64,000 nt of DNA from Paraspadella gotoi. Taxonomy: Eukaryota; Animalia; Chaetognatha. Positions 12,401 through 25,047 of this stretch are shown here, one piece after another. The translations under genes were made by a program, and so were the position numbers. The DNA lies in NCBI GenBank assembly GCA_051294375.1, contig CM119266.1:6155431-6219430 (forward strand), written 5' to 3'. Each line of letters begins with the position of its first letter. Positions within the stretch are counted from its first letter, which is position 1. Under the pieces are notes generated by a model. It did no database searches and was not told where the DNA came from. It saw only the letters and a program-made list of their open reading frames with translations.

Positions 12401-14841
12401 NNNNNNNNNNNNNNNNNNNNNNNNNNNNNNNNNNNNNNNNNNNNNNNNNNNNNNNNNNNNNNNNNNNNNNNNNNNNNNNNNNNNNNNNNNNNNNNNNNNN
12501 NNNNNNNNNNNNNNNNNNNNNNNNNNNNNNNNNNNNNNNNNNNNNNNNNNNNNNNNNNNNNNNNNNNNNNNNNNNNNNNNNNNNNNNNNNNNNNNTGTAT
12601 GGTTGTTGTTTGTATTGTTTATTTTTGTCATTAATCATTTGAAGTGATTTAATATTATTATTTATTTTGGTCGTTCGCTTGTTATTGGTTCTTCTCGTTG
12701 CAATTGTCTGTTGTTGTTNNNNNNNNNNNNNNNNNNNNNNNNNNNNNNNNNNNNNNNNNNNNNNNNNNNNNNNNNNNNNNNNNNNNNNNNNNNNNNNNNN
12801 NNNNNNNNNNNNNNNNNNNNNNNNNNNNNNNNNNNNNNNNNNNNNNNNNNNNNNNNNNNNNNNNNNNNNNNNNNNNNNNNNNNNNNNNNNNNNNNNNNNN
12901 NNNNNNNNNNNNNNNNNNNNNNNNNNNNNNNNNNNNNNNNNNNNNNNNNNNNNNNNNNNNNNNNNNNNNNNNNNNNNNNNNNNNNNNNGTTAATTTGTTC
13001 CGGAATTTTGTTTTACACTAACCTTAATTACTTAGCCTTTTCCATAACCTTAATCACTAAGCAAATAACTAGCCTGAATCACTGACCTAATCTTTAACTC
13101 TAAATCCAAACTAACCTAAAAAGTAAGGAAAAAAAGACCAGATATCGAGAGGTNNNNNNNNNNACCCCGCCTCTTCCCAGTTATGCGGGGCGGTGATCGG
13201 AGCCGGGATCCTCAAAGGCCTGACCCCCGACGGACTCAACAGTCCCCTGGGGGCGACGTCTTTGGCGAAAGGGGCCAAGCATGTGGGGAACGTGTCCACG
13301 GAATACCACATCAACGCCGGGCAGGTGGGTGTGTTGAAGGAGTGGTGGTTTGGGGTCTTGAAGAGGGGGGGAAAGCGTCTCATTCCTGTTAATTTGTTCC
13401 GGNNNNNNNNNNTAAAATGTCTTTCGCAGTTTTTTCGGCGTAATATTTATTATTCACACGCTAACGTTCGTTCTCGAGCTTATGGAGTTGTGGCCCTCGT
13501 TAGTGATCAGCGGGGATTTCCGTCTATGTTTTCCGTCTATGTTTTCCGTTTATGTCCAACAACAAGCAGCAATGAAATTATATGTATTTTTAATATTAAT
13601 GAATGGTATGTAATTAATTATTATAAGCAACCCTTGTCCCTTAGCGATTAGTCATTGACTACTAAGTTCCTTCTCCACTCAGTGATTCTTTTTCGCCTCT
13701 GCCCTCTGTTCATTCCCAATTGTTAAACTTCAATTACATTTGTCATTGACCACTCTCATCATTTACATTTGTCATTGACCACTCTCATCATTTACATTTG
13801 TCATTGAACACTCTCATCATTTACATTTGTCATTGACCACTCTCATCATTTACATTTGTCATTGACCACTCTCATCATTTACATTTGTCATTGATCACAC
13901 TCAGCATTTACATTTGTCATTGCCCACTCTCATCATTTACATTTGTCATTGACCACTCTCATCATTTAGATTTGTCATTGACCACTCTCAACATTTACAT
14001 TTGTCATTGACCACTCTCATCAATTATTCCCCTCATTTAAAACGCGGGCGTGAGTTTAAGTTCGCTGCTTAAGGAGCCGCAGCAAGGGGGCTTCTTTGAA
14101 AAAAAGTGCCGGTTATTTATGATTCGTTATTGTTATTAGAGACGATGAAACCACTGACCATATTTCTCTCAATGACAACAAACCACTGGCCACTTGTAGT
14201 CTTCCTTTATCAAAGACCACAATCCACTGACCACTCCCCCCCCCCCACCTCACAGGGATTCGGCATCGAATTCTTTATCACATTCATCCTCGTCTTCACC
14301 GTCTTCGCCTCTTGTGACAACAAACGAAGCGATCACAATGGATCGTCGCCTTTGGCCATCGGACTCGCCGTCGTCGTCTGCCATCTTTGGGCTGTAAGTC
14401 TTTTGTTTCTTGACAATTTTGAGATGGGAAAAGCGACATCTCCTGAATTTTTGGAATAATTATAATTATTCTTTCCTTTATCTAGTTTATGTATTTTTCA
14501 ATTTGTAGCTGAAATTTTTTTTTATTTGACTCATAAAATTTTAACAATAGTAAAAATCAAAATAATAATAAAACTATATATATTTTTTTACTATGTTTCA
14601 AACGCATATTTAAAAAAGAAAAATGAGAAGAAAGAAAAAATGAAAAGATCCTCCAATTTATTTAAAGAATTCGATATTCGACGCATAAACAAAAATTCTT
14701 TCACCAAAGAAAATTCCTTTTTTCAATCGGTTGAGTGAATTCGAATCAGAAGCGAAGAAGAAGTTTCTTTCTTTCTTTTTCTTTACTTTAAAAAAAAAAA
14801 TTTTCTTCCTCGTTTAGTTTTTGACAAATAGGGAAAATGCC

Positions 14842-14905
<64 letters not shown>

Positions 14906-15768
14906 ATGTCAGAGAGACTCCGAAAGGAAATAAATTTCTTACTTTAGCAACCAAAGCAGGTTTTTAAAAAAATAGAAAGTTAAATGAATTACTTTTTTAA
15001 AGTTTAATTAAAAAAGGCTTATTTGTAATTAAATTTTATTTGATTAATAATCACTGGTTGTATTATTTCAGCCTCATATAAAAAAAATCCCTTCTCTCTG
15101 TCTCACGCAAATTTTTCGAAGAGTTTTAATCAATTTATTTATTTCATCTAATAATTTATCCCCTTAAGTCTAAATAAGATCACCGCCTCCCCTTAAACCA
15201 GGTCCCGGCCACCGGCGCATCCATGAACACAGCGAGAAGTTTCGGTCCAGCGGTTGTCGCTGGAATTTGGGAGGATCATTGGGTAAGTTAACTTTTTAAA
15301 CGACATGAAATTTTATTTATTGTTGTTATTATTATTATTTAGATATGTTTAATCAAAGCGAACGTGTTTCCCATTATGATTTAGTAAGCAGTCCGGCAAA
15401 GAAAGAAACAATTAATATTAACAATTAATTTCCATCATAGTCTTCGCCGACATCCCATTTACCTTTTGTTTTTCCCCCTCAGGTTTACTGGGTCGGTCCG
15501 CTGCTCGGCGGCGTCGCTGCGGGTTTCATTTACGATCATTTCTTCGCCGCGAATTCGTCGAAACAAAAATTCAGAACTTGCATGTTGGGCGCCGAATACG
15601 AGGTTGTGAAACTACTAGAATAAACCCTATTTAACTATTATAATAAAGTAAATGTGTAATTTAATTTTATAAACTGTCCAGGGCGAAGATTTCGAGGCTG
15701 TGGACGAAAAGCCCAAGCAAATTATGGAATCTGAAGACGACATCGTGGAAACAAAATCCGAAGTTTGA
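9496..15768 (+). CDS. AQP4: Aquaporin (MIP family), AQP4/Prip-like classical water channel
   Basis: Exons: 9496-9585 (ATG at 9560, MLMSIDDLK), 10151-10257 ([26 protein letters not shown]), about 12232-12305 (5' part in N-gap; [24 protein letters not shown]), 13181-13324 ([16 protein letters not shown]), 14256-14393 ([21 protein letters not shown]...[14 protein letters not shown]), 15202-15282 ([27 protein letters not shown]), 15483-15602 ([10 protein letters not shown]), 15682-15768 (...ETKSEV*). Visible GT-AG sites have consistent phases. The symbol means closest type, not proven orthology. Confidence 0.93.
10880..13402. repeat. Large imperfect inverted duplication inside the aquaporin gene; left arm about 10880-12200 is an indel-rich reverse complement of about 12232-13402
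   Basis: The reverse complement of 11930-12100 contains ggccacgaggaagatctccgtcgccagggcg, matching 12254 onward. 11330-11560 mirrors exon 13181-13324. 10890-10930 mirrors 13115-13153. The centre lies on an N-gap. Confidence 0.9.
13734..14021 (+). repeat. 29-bp minisatellite (ttacatttgtcattgaccactctcatcat), about 10 copies, in an aquaporin intron
   Basis: Directly visible tandem units with few substitutions. Confidence 0.95.
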
Positions 15769-17443
15769 TTTTGAACAAAAGAACATCACTCGTCGTTCGC
15801 CCAACATCCTTTTTTTTTCAAAAATACTACATTTTTATTACTTAATTCTATTAATATATTCCATCGGGTGGCTTTAATATTTTCTACCCAAAGATTCCGC
15901 AAAGTTATTTTTTTTTCTTTGTTAATAATTTCGTCTTCATTCATTTTTGCTGCGTTATATTTCTAACGTCGTTGAACGCTGATAAAATACTCATTTGTAT
16001 ATTTTCAAATTCCGCCGCGAGGGGCGCCGCTGTTATTTTCGCTTTTTTTATTTCCCAAGGGGTCGTCGATAAAAAAGTTTTTGTGGACTTTTAAACGTTA
16101 GAACTTTTTTTTTAATTTCCATTAACCGAAATGTATTTTTTTGCTTTCGAACGCAATTGTTTCATATACATTTTTAGTTGAAATAGACGTTTTATTTGCC
16201 TGAATCAACTGAGATTATATTATTTCATTTTAGCTAAGTCAAGTCATTCAAGCCAAATCTTTTTTAATATTATTAAACAAAAGACACCGCTAGTTTTCTC
16301 ACAGTCTTAAATAATTTCTCTACTCTCACCCAAACACATTTTTCAACTCTCTTCGTAATTTTTTTTTCGATGATGCGACTCCCAAATTTCGACACAAAAA
16401 AACGTTGAAAAATGTTGTCACGCGCCACCGACTAAAAACTTGAAAAGATTCATCCAAAACATTTCTTTTGATTATTCGTTTTTCTCTTTCGTCAAAATCA
16501 AATATGAATGATCTTTTGTTTCCGTCGCCTTTGTTCATCAATCTTCTTCTTAAAACTTAATAATCCTATTTTCTTTTTAACATTGATCTCTTTAGTCGCG
16601 TGAAAACCCCGGTCCATCAGTCGGTAGACGTTAAGTGAAGAAAAGTAAGCTTAGTGAACGGAAAATGTTACGAAAAAAGGTTTCGTCGTTTGAACTTTGA
16701 ACCTTGTCGTATGAAAAAGAGGAAGAGGAAAAGGAGCAGCAGAAGGAGAAGCAGCCGGAAAATCAGCATGAGAAGCAGCAGGAATAGCAGCCGAAAAAAA
16801 AACAAGAAGAGGAAGAGGAGAAAAATGAATAAGTGATGGAACTGGAAGCGGAGCAACTCTATAAGTCACTTGTCGGTCGGTCGGTCGGTATGTCTGGCCA
16901 TCGTTCTGTCCCACTTACGTTAAAAATGCATATAATTTCCTTATAGTTGGTTGCTCTTTTGTTAAGACAAGCTCCGCCTTAAGGAAATCCTGCATGTCAT
17001 AAATATATGGACTAAGAAAGTTATTTTAGTCATGTTATGTCACGTCATGTCATATTATGTTATGATAAATACCCGTATAAAGGCAGTCACTGCGGCGCAA
17101 CACATTTCAATTACCATTCTTATTTTTGTTTTTGTTTCTCAACTCAACAATCTCAGTTTTCTTTCTTTTTTTCAGACTTAGTTATCATGGAAACGTCGTT
17201 CATCAAACTCATATTACTATTAATTATACAAGCGAGCAAAACATTATTCATTTCATTGTATTTTTTTCCCTCCCATAGGGATAACTTTTTATACCCAATG
17301 AATGATCTTTCAATAAATGAAATAAATTCCAATTTCTAGTTTTAAAATTTCTCTTCTACCAAACTAAAACAAGAATTGAAACCAATAATAAATAGTTTTT
17401 TTTTTTCAATTTGAATATCTTTTCAAACCCAATGAATCTTCTC

Positions 17444-18878
17444 TCAAACCCAATGAATCTTCTCAGTCTCTACCCGCGATTCAATTTCTTCGATGAGTTT
17501 ATTCATTTTTTCTTTGTATTTTTCGAAAACGAGTTTGACTGAATCCATCTCTTCCGCCATGGCCGCGTCCATTCTGAAAATAAATTGAATGTAGAAATTG
17601 AATAATTGAGAAATAATATCTAGAAAACCTTCTTTTTTTTTTGCTTTCTCTGGAAGAAAATAATATTCTTGAATTATAATAATTGGCTAGCATGACATAT
17701 GAGAAAATGAGATCTTTTTATATTAATTATTACATTTAAATTTATTTTTTGAATGATCGCGCCAATTAAAAATTGGTTAGCATGATTCTGAAACTACCAA
17801 GAAGTAAAAGCAAAAAAGTTTGTTAAAAACTTTTAAAATTTTTTTCAAATTTGCGGCATAGTTCAAAATCATTCCAGAATCTTCTTCCTCTTCCTTAATC
17901 CTTTTCTCTGTTTCCGGGTTTCATTCATCTGTGATGGTCCCAAAAAATCACCTCTGCAGCATTGCAGCTAGTATAGGTTCTGGGACGTGCAGCAACTCCG
18001 CCACCTCCGCCGTGACCTCTTCGCTCGAATCTCGATCCATGACGAAGATTCTAGATTCCGCTTCGCAAGGACCGAGGCGAAGTCTGGGTTGGAAAGGGGA
18101 TGAGAAAGGGGTGGGGCCGATTGGGGGATGTTGAAGGGGTGCGGGGTCAGGAAGGACGAAGGAGGAAAGGTATGATGAGAAAAGGTTTGGTTGAATTAAG
18201 TATTAAGTAAAAGACCATTTGAGTACATGAGAAGCTCGGGTGATTATCTCATTGGCAGAACATAAGATTGATGGGCCTCACTGCTCATTTTACCAGGTGA
18301 TTAACCACCTGCATATCTTCCCACTTTGGTGAGTAACCAACTATTCAAACACCAGGTTAATAATGGCCTATGTTGATCATTCCACAATGAAATCACCTGG
18401 TGATCAATGGGCTTTGGTGATCAGCAATGGCCGCGATCTCTCCGCTGCTCTTCACCGCATAAAGTTGAAAATCTCGACTCTCGTTTTCGATGCGGAATTT
18501 TCCCTGAGGATGTTGACGACGTCTTCGGCGGTGTGGTCGTGATGAACGCGAACGCTCGTCACGGGAGAGAAGGGGAGTTTTGGAGACTTTTATTTATTTA
18601 TTAATTTATTAGTTTATTTATTTATTAATTGTCTATGATATTTAATTTATATATATTTATATACATATTTATATTCAATTTATTTATTTATTAATGGTGT
18701 ATGATATTTAAGAAAGATTACAAATTTAAGGATGCCAACTTATGAATTATTAATTAATTTTGATGATTTTGATTTGCTTTCTTCGGCGATTTTTCGAATG
18801 TTCATTTATATTCTAATTCATTGCATAATTTGTTTATAACTTAGAAAATCCGCATTTTTTTTACTATAAAAGAAAATA

Positions 18879-18957
<79 letters not shown>

Positions 18958-21900
18958 ATCCGATACCCGTATTCCGGCACGAACGTCCTTGTCTGTTCCC
19001 TGTAGACGTGTCCATTGATGGAGACTCTCTTCCGGCGACTCACGTCTCGATCCAGACTCCGCAACGAGGCTCTGGATCGGGGACGAGGCGTCGACATCCC
19101 CAACGCCTCGTCCGCGGAGTCGAACCCGTCGAGGGAGGTTGAGTCCAAGGATTCGAGAGAGAAGAGGGAGGAGTTGGAGGATGAGGAGTAGAGGGAGGAG
19201 GATGAGGAGTTGAGCGAGGAGGATGAGGAGTTGTGAGGTGATTGGGTCAATGAGGATGAAGAGTTGAGAGTTGATTCGGCCAATGAGGAGACGAGGCTCG
19301 GTTCTTTTATGACCCGAAAAACTCGATGATCAAAATATGAAGAAATTTTATTTATTTTTTTTTTTTAATTTTAAACTTTGCTACATTAATACCAGACTGT
19401 ATACAAAGATTATCTTTTTAGTTCTTTTTACTAATTAATCCACCTATAATTTCAAATCTTACATCAAAGATTATAACCTTTTTTGAAAAACTTTTATTTT
19501 TTCTATTGAATTTTGTTTTTGTTTTTTTTATAAAAAAAGTTAAGATAATGAGTTGATCAAACGTTAAATTATTAAAACATTTTTAGTATTATTTTAAATG
19601 TTTGCTATAGTCGAGTATTTTGGGTTTTTAAAAAACCTTGAAGTGGAACCAAGTTGCGCCGTTGAGAGTCTGGTTGATAGGGTAAGGATAGGTGGGGTAA
19701 GGATAGGTGAGGTAAGGATAGGTGGGGTAAGGATAGGTGGGGTAAGGATAGGTGAGGTAAGGATAGATGATGTAAGGATAGGTGAGGTAAGGATAGATGA
19801 TGTAAGGATAGGTGAGGTAAGGATAGATGATGTAAGGATAGGTGAGGTAAGGATAGGTGAGATAAGGATAGGTGAGGATAGGTGAGGATTGATCCATTTA
19901 TTTTTATCAACAAGGCTCGCTTTATCTGTTTGGAAACCGTTTACATTTTTTTATAAATAAAAGGACAAACTTATAATAAATATAAAAAAAAGTTTAAACT
20001 TTGAAGAAAAAATGGATGAAGGATTTAAAAACCGTATCGTTTTGAATTCATTTAAATTTTAACGGAAAACAAGAAATTAACTTCATTGGAATCACCCTCT
20101 CAGCGCCACACCTTAATGGAATATTGAACATCGATAAATGAAGAAAAAATGTATCGACTATTAAAACCAAGGGACATCGAGAAAAAGCTATATTATTTTT
20201 CTTTTAACGAACTTATTTCTCTCCGATAACAAAGTCACGAGAAAGATTTATTTTTATTAAGTAGTTACGGATTCTCTGTGCCGATATTTAAGTACTAATC
20301 CGTAATATTAAAGTAGATTTTAGCTGCACTGTGAGATTTGCTCTAACCATACATTTAACTCCTTTTTTTTTCTTTATATATTGGTTTATTAATTTTATTT
20401 ATAATTAATAAATTTATTTTATAAATTACCTTTAAATCGAAAATTCTTTGGTAGACTGTCGAATATGTTCGTTTGCATTTTGTCGAAGATGCTCTTTTGT
20501 TGAGTTTGTTTCGTCGTGATTTTCGCTTCTGNNNNNNNNNNTTCGCTTCTGCGGCCGACGGTGCGCCGATCGACGCAGAGTCGGTTTCATCGCCGGCTAC
20601 GCCATTTTCCGTTGCCGACAGGTGAGTGCGGCGTGCAGCGGCGTCATGGAGTGACGCTTGCAGCATAGGGATGCGGAGATGCTGCGGCGTGTCTCTTTGA
20701 CGGTAAAGACTTTGTCGTTTGCGGCAAGGAATCGCGTTGAACTTCGTCAATGACTTCTTGACGAGATTGGCTGAAAAAGAAGTTGAGGCCGCAGATATGA
20801 GTTACAACTTACAACACGGAAGTGATAGCTAAAGTTATGCAGCATTACCGCACTATCATTCAAGAATAATAATTTTTGATAGATTGATTATTTATTTAAT
20901 TGCTTGATATTGGATCACGAGATGCGCTAATGAAATAAGGACTATGTACTTTCATCTCCTAGTTTTTATTTTTATCACACTCTTTAACCCTTGATTGAAC
21001 TTGAGTTAATGTAGGAGTCTACGTCGTTCTTAGATATTCTGATGGAAGACTTTTTCAATGGAGATTTTCGTTAACAATCTGACTAGCCAAATAATGTCAA
21101 CGCCCCTGGGAAAAATTCAGGTAAAAATACAGATGTATCAACAACACTACGATATAACCGAAGTCCGTTGCATCTGAAGGGCTCGCATTTTTTCTCTATA
21201 GACAAATAACCATCATGTTGACATCAAACCATTCAGATTCAAATGGACTAGTCCGCTCGGGAAAATATTTTCGACGCAATTTTTATATATAAAATAAAGG
21301 ATTTCTCAACTTCAATACAATGTTCAAACGACATTTAACATATGTATGTGCATTTTACAATAATACTTCAAAATTCAGGAATCCGATAGCCATATGTCTG
21401 AAGGGCTCTCAATAATTTTTCTTTACATTTTATTTGGTTATTTGATCATGATACGGACTCATGGTAAAGTGAAATTAGTCCATTTGTGAAAATTTGTGTA
21501 TTTAAAGTAAAAGTAAAAGAGGGGAGCTAATCAATCGGAATTGTGCTAAGAGTTTTTCAACCGGGAGTCAGATTCAGGGAAAAATCTTCTATGGCGAAAT
21601 CTTCCAAACGAGAGAAGGGTCAATTCTCCAAATATTTTGGTTAATGAATTTTGTATACTTATGTAGGATTTTTTTAAACTTAATGATTAACAATATTGCC
21701 ATCATTCTACCTTGGCCGGTATAAGTAATATATTAAAAAAACCTCGGCTTTGTTCGTCAGAGCTTAGTCCTGAACTTAATATCTTGAGTTTTTAATTGAC
21801 TATTTAATTAATTCGCGGACAGAGAAAGGGAAAGTTTCATTAAAAATAATAAAATCAGTTAATAATTGAAAAATAATTAGCCAATGTCGAATCTTTAAGA

Positions 21901-24900
21901 ATACAAATAAGATATAAAAGAGAACCCTTCATATTTCTACAATTTTTTCAACTGTAACCTGAACCTCACACAGTCGGTACCCACAGATTAGCCCCAACCC
22001 CCTCTTCAGAATTTGCAAAGGAACCAAACAGCGACTCTGCAAGAAAAGTCAAATAGCGAATCTATTATTCCATCTGGAATAAACGGAAGAAAAGACGCAA
22101 ACGTAAGAACTGATTTCGTCGTTTGGCTGATGACTCGTCCACGGCGATCCGCAGCTCGGCGTGCGCAGACGTCGCTCGGCCATTTCCCCATGGCAATGCA
22201 AGAAAAAATAATAGAGAACGTAGAGTTAGAATAATAAATTCCATCAGATCAAACTCGTAATTGTTCCATTACTTAACTTACAATTTTCTTAACTTACCCA
22301 ACTAAAACTGACGCGCCAATGTCTTCGTTTTAATCTACTTCGGTCGCGTCGACTCCGCGAAACAAAGAAAATTAAAAAAAAACAAAACAAACAGATTTTC
22401 CAAGATGGCCGCGATGACATTTAAAAAAAAAAAGAACTTTCTTCTCGTGAATTTTAATCTTAAAAACTCAACGCGATTTCTAATGAAAGATTCAGTGTTT
22501 AGGAGATATTGCGAAAAGAGATTTTGTTTTTTCCTTGAGTTGATAACCTGATTCTACTTGCGGGTTCAAATTCACAGCTGCGTCTTCAAATTAGAATTTT
22601 TTTTTAAATTAAAATTTATTTCATGCGTCGGCTCGGTAAAACTGTCGGCTTCATAATTAGATAAAGTTTCATCCCATCAGCTGACCTATTTAGTAAAGTG
22701 TGTAGTTAAAATAAATGATTGAAATAGTTAGCCCTTTTCATATCCATATCCGTATGACTCCAAACCATAAAGAACCGCCTGACAAAAAACAAACAAACCC
22801 CCTCGGCCTTTCACCAACTAACAAGAAACCATCGACCATTAACCATTAACAACCAACCAACTAGCGAGGCCTTTCCACCCTTCACGCAAAGTGACCAGTG
22901 ATCCTTCAGTGAAGGCTTCACCCGCTTACCGAGTAGTGAAACTCCTCTTGAAGTGAATGGGCGCGGCTTCGTCGCTTTTCTCCAATCGAATCGGCGACTT
23001 GACTCCCCAGTGTAGCTTCAACAGACCCTCCACTGCAAGACCTGTCGAGGTATGCGGGAATTTGTAAGTTGTGGTGGCAAGGTTTTGGTTGTGCCGCGAG
23101 TATTAGCAGGGCAATTCGGCCCTATGTTCTGTTTCAATGCGACCATTTCAGCTAAAGTTCAAAAGCGAAGGGGGAACGGACGGTCATACAGACGGACGGT
23201 CGGACGGAGGGATATCTTTTTTTTTTTAAATATTTTTTTACAATTCGATGTTCAGACAGACCGACAAAGTGAATCATAGAGCCGGAATATGCTATGATCA
23301 GATCCGGCTAAAAAAGTCATGGTTCTGACTGTTGACGTTGTATTATTTCAGTTGTTCTTTTTGCGTATTTAAGAAGCAGCGGCATTAAGTCGGAGAGTGG
23401 AAGTATAAACTTAAGCTATGCAAAACGAGAGGCAGCTGGCTTGGAAGGTGATAGCTCAGAGTCAGAGCGGAATTTTTCCCTTTTCTTATTTAGCATTTGA
23501 ATGAATTAGTAAATCGCGTTATGATATTAAAATGTTTCTTGGTTCAAAAGATGACGCCGTGATGACGACAACGAAAACCATGACAACGACGACGACGACG
23601 AAAACGACGACGACAACAACAAAGAGAAAAAAAAGGATCAGGTGCTCATTGACTGAAGATTACTGTCTATTATTTTCCTGCCGCCTCGACAGGAATGGAA
23701 CTGGTCCTCGGCTTGGAACAAGATTTGGGGGGGGGGAGTGTTTACAGAGCCACAACACAAGGCGGTTTAGGGACATCGTCACTCTTATTAGTAGAGTGGG
23801 GACCTTTGGGGAACGATCCCGGTACCTAATGGTCATTAGCTTTAAACAATGAGCCACGCCCCCGGGGTCAAAACGGAGAGTACAATGTCAGCTACAAAAA
23901 TAAAGTTTATAAAGGACAATGGGAATAACAATAACAAAGAGACAAAACGACGAGAAGCAAGGAATAGATTTTGTAAACGAGAATGAGGATAACAACAACG
24001 ACAACGACAACGACAACAACATCAGCTCACCATCAAAAGTGTTTTTCATCTCCATCAGATATCGAACGTTTTGCTGTTTTCCCAAAGAGAGGCCTTCGTT
24101 GTAGAGACGGAGGGCGCGAATCAACTCCTCTGGAGGATGAGAAGAGAAAGTGGAAATAATCGGCACAAAACAAAAGGCTCATTCGAGAAAAAAAAACAAA
24201 CAAAAAAACATAAAAAACCAAAAACATACCAGAATTTAAACGGATAAAGGCTTTGAATTGACACGAAGACAAAAATTGAAAATGATTTAATTTTACTTTA
24301 ACCTATGCGGATGGTTGAGATAATTAAAAAAACTTTTGGTATTTAAAAAGTACATTTTTTTTTAATACTAATGGCGTAATGGAAGATTTGATTCGAGAAG
24401 AAGGCAGATACTACGTACGGATATATTAATGTAAGAACATAAAACACTAGCAAAAATAAATACAAATAATTAAATATTAAAAAATGTAAACAAAGTCTTA
24501 AACAACAAACTGGAAATGTAAACAAAGTCTTAAACAACAAAATGGAAATGTAAACAAAGTCGTAAACAACAAAATGGAAATGTAAACAAAGTCTTAAACA
24601 ACAAAATGGAAATGTAAACAAAGTCGTAAACAACAAACTGGAAATGTAAACAAAGTCTTAAACAACGAACTAGAAATATAACAAAGTCCTAAACAACAAA
24701 CTGGAAATGTAAACATAGTCTTAAACAACAAACTGGAAATGTAAACAAAATCTTAAACAACAAACTAGAAATGTAAACAAAGTCTTAAACAACAAACTGG
24801 AAATTTCACCTTGAGATAGACCGAAGTAACTTTTCTTCGACGCTACGAGATCTGTTGACGCCGCCGGCGAAAATGGCGCCTCAACGAACGACGCCGGTTC

Positions 24901-25047
24901 GGATGACGCCGGGTACGACGCCGGTTCAGATGACGTCGGGGACGACGCCGGTTCGGATGATACCGGGGACGACGCCGCCGACGTTGCCGACGCTAAGGAC
25001 GCCGCCGACGCCGCCAACGTCGCCAACGCAGACTGACACGCCATCAT
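17444..25047 (-). CDS. RASSF2: Ras association domain family protein, RASSF2/4/6 type (RA domain plus C-terminal SARAH-like helix)
   Basis: Exons include 25047-24810, 24129-24031 (EELIRALRLYNEG), 23041-22930 (GLAVEGLLKLHWGVKSPIRLE, compare RASSF2/4 EGLLNIxWGLRRPIRL), 20770 to about 20450, about 19310-18968 (RRKRVSINGHVYREQTRTFVPEYG), about 18560-18440 (VTSVRV...KFRIENESRDFQLYAVKSSGE), 18083-17952 (RLRLGPCEAESRIFVMDRDSSEEVTAEVAELL) and 17573-17444 (...EKIHWV*). Some internal boundaries are unresolved and there is one apparent frameshift near 18500. Confidence 0.88.
19676..19888 (+). repeat. 15-bp minisatellite (gtaaggataggtgag and variants), about 14 copies
   Basis: Directly visible tandem units in a RASSF intron. 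Confidence 0.95.
23100..23315 (-). mobile_element. Short Helentron/HINE-like non-autonomous element related to the copies at 42.8-44.7 kb
   Basis: The reverse complement starts tttttagccggatctgatcatagcatattccggctctatgattcactttgtcggtctgtctg. This matches the 5' end of the 44038 element (ttttagtcggatctgcttatcggcagatcccgactctataattcacttggtcggtc) and is followed by a GTCC/GTCT microsatellite. Confidence 0.65.
24482..24805 (+). repeat. 32-bp minisatellite (aaatgtaaacaaagtcttaaacaacaaactgg), about 10 copies, abutting the RASSF exon-1 donor
   Basis: Directly visible tandem units. Confidence 0.95.

Noticed and set aside
12349-12988. Long X-containing ORFs across N runs (also 34149-34968)
   Set aside because: Assembly gaps, not sequence.
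13734-14021. 29-bp repeat (and the 32-bp repeat at 24482-24805) as CRISPR-like arrays
   Set aside because: Head-to-tail minisatellites without spacers.
16654-16856. Protamine-like basic ORF (MKKRKRKRSSRRRSS)
   Set aside because: Purine-rich simple repeat inside a HINE-like repeat remnant, with no independent coding evidence.
19598-19913. Pentapeptide-repeat ORFs (VRIGE, YPYLT, HLSLP)
   Set aside because: A 15-bp intronic minisatellite open in several frames by chance.
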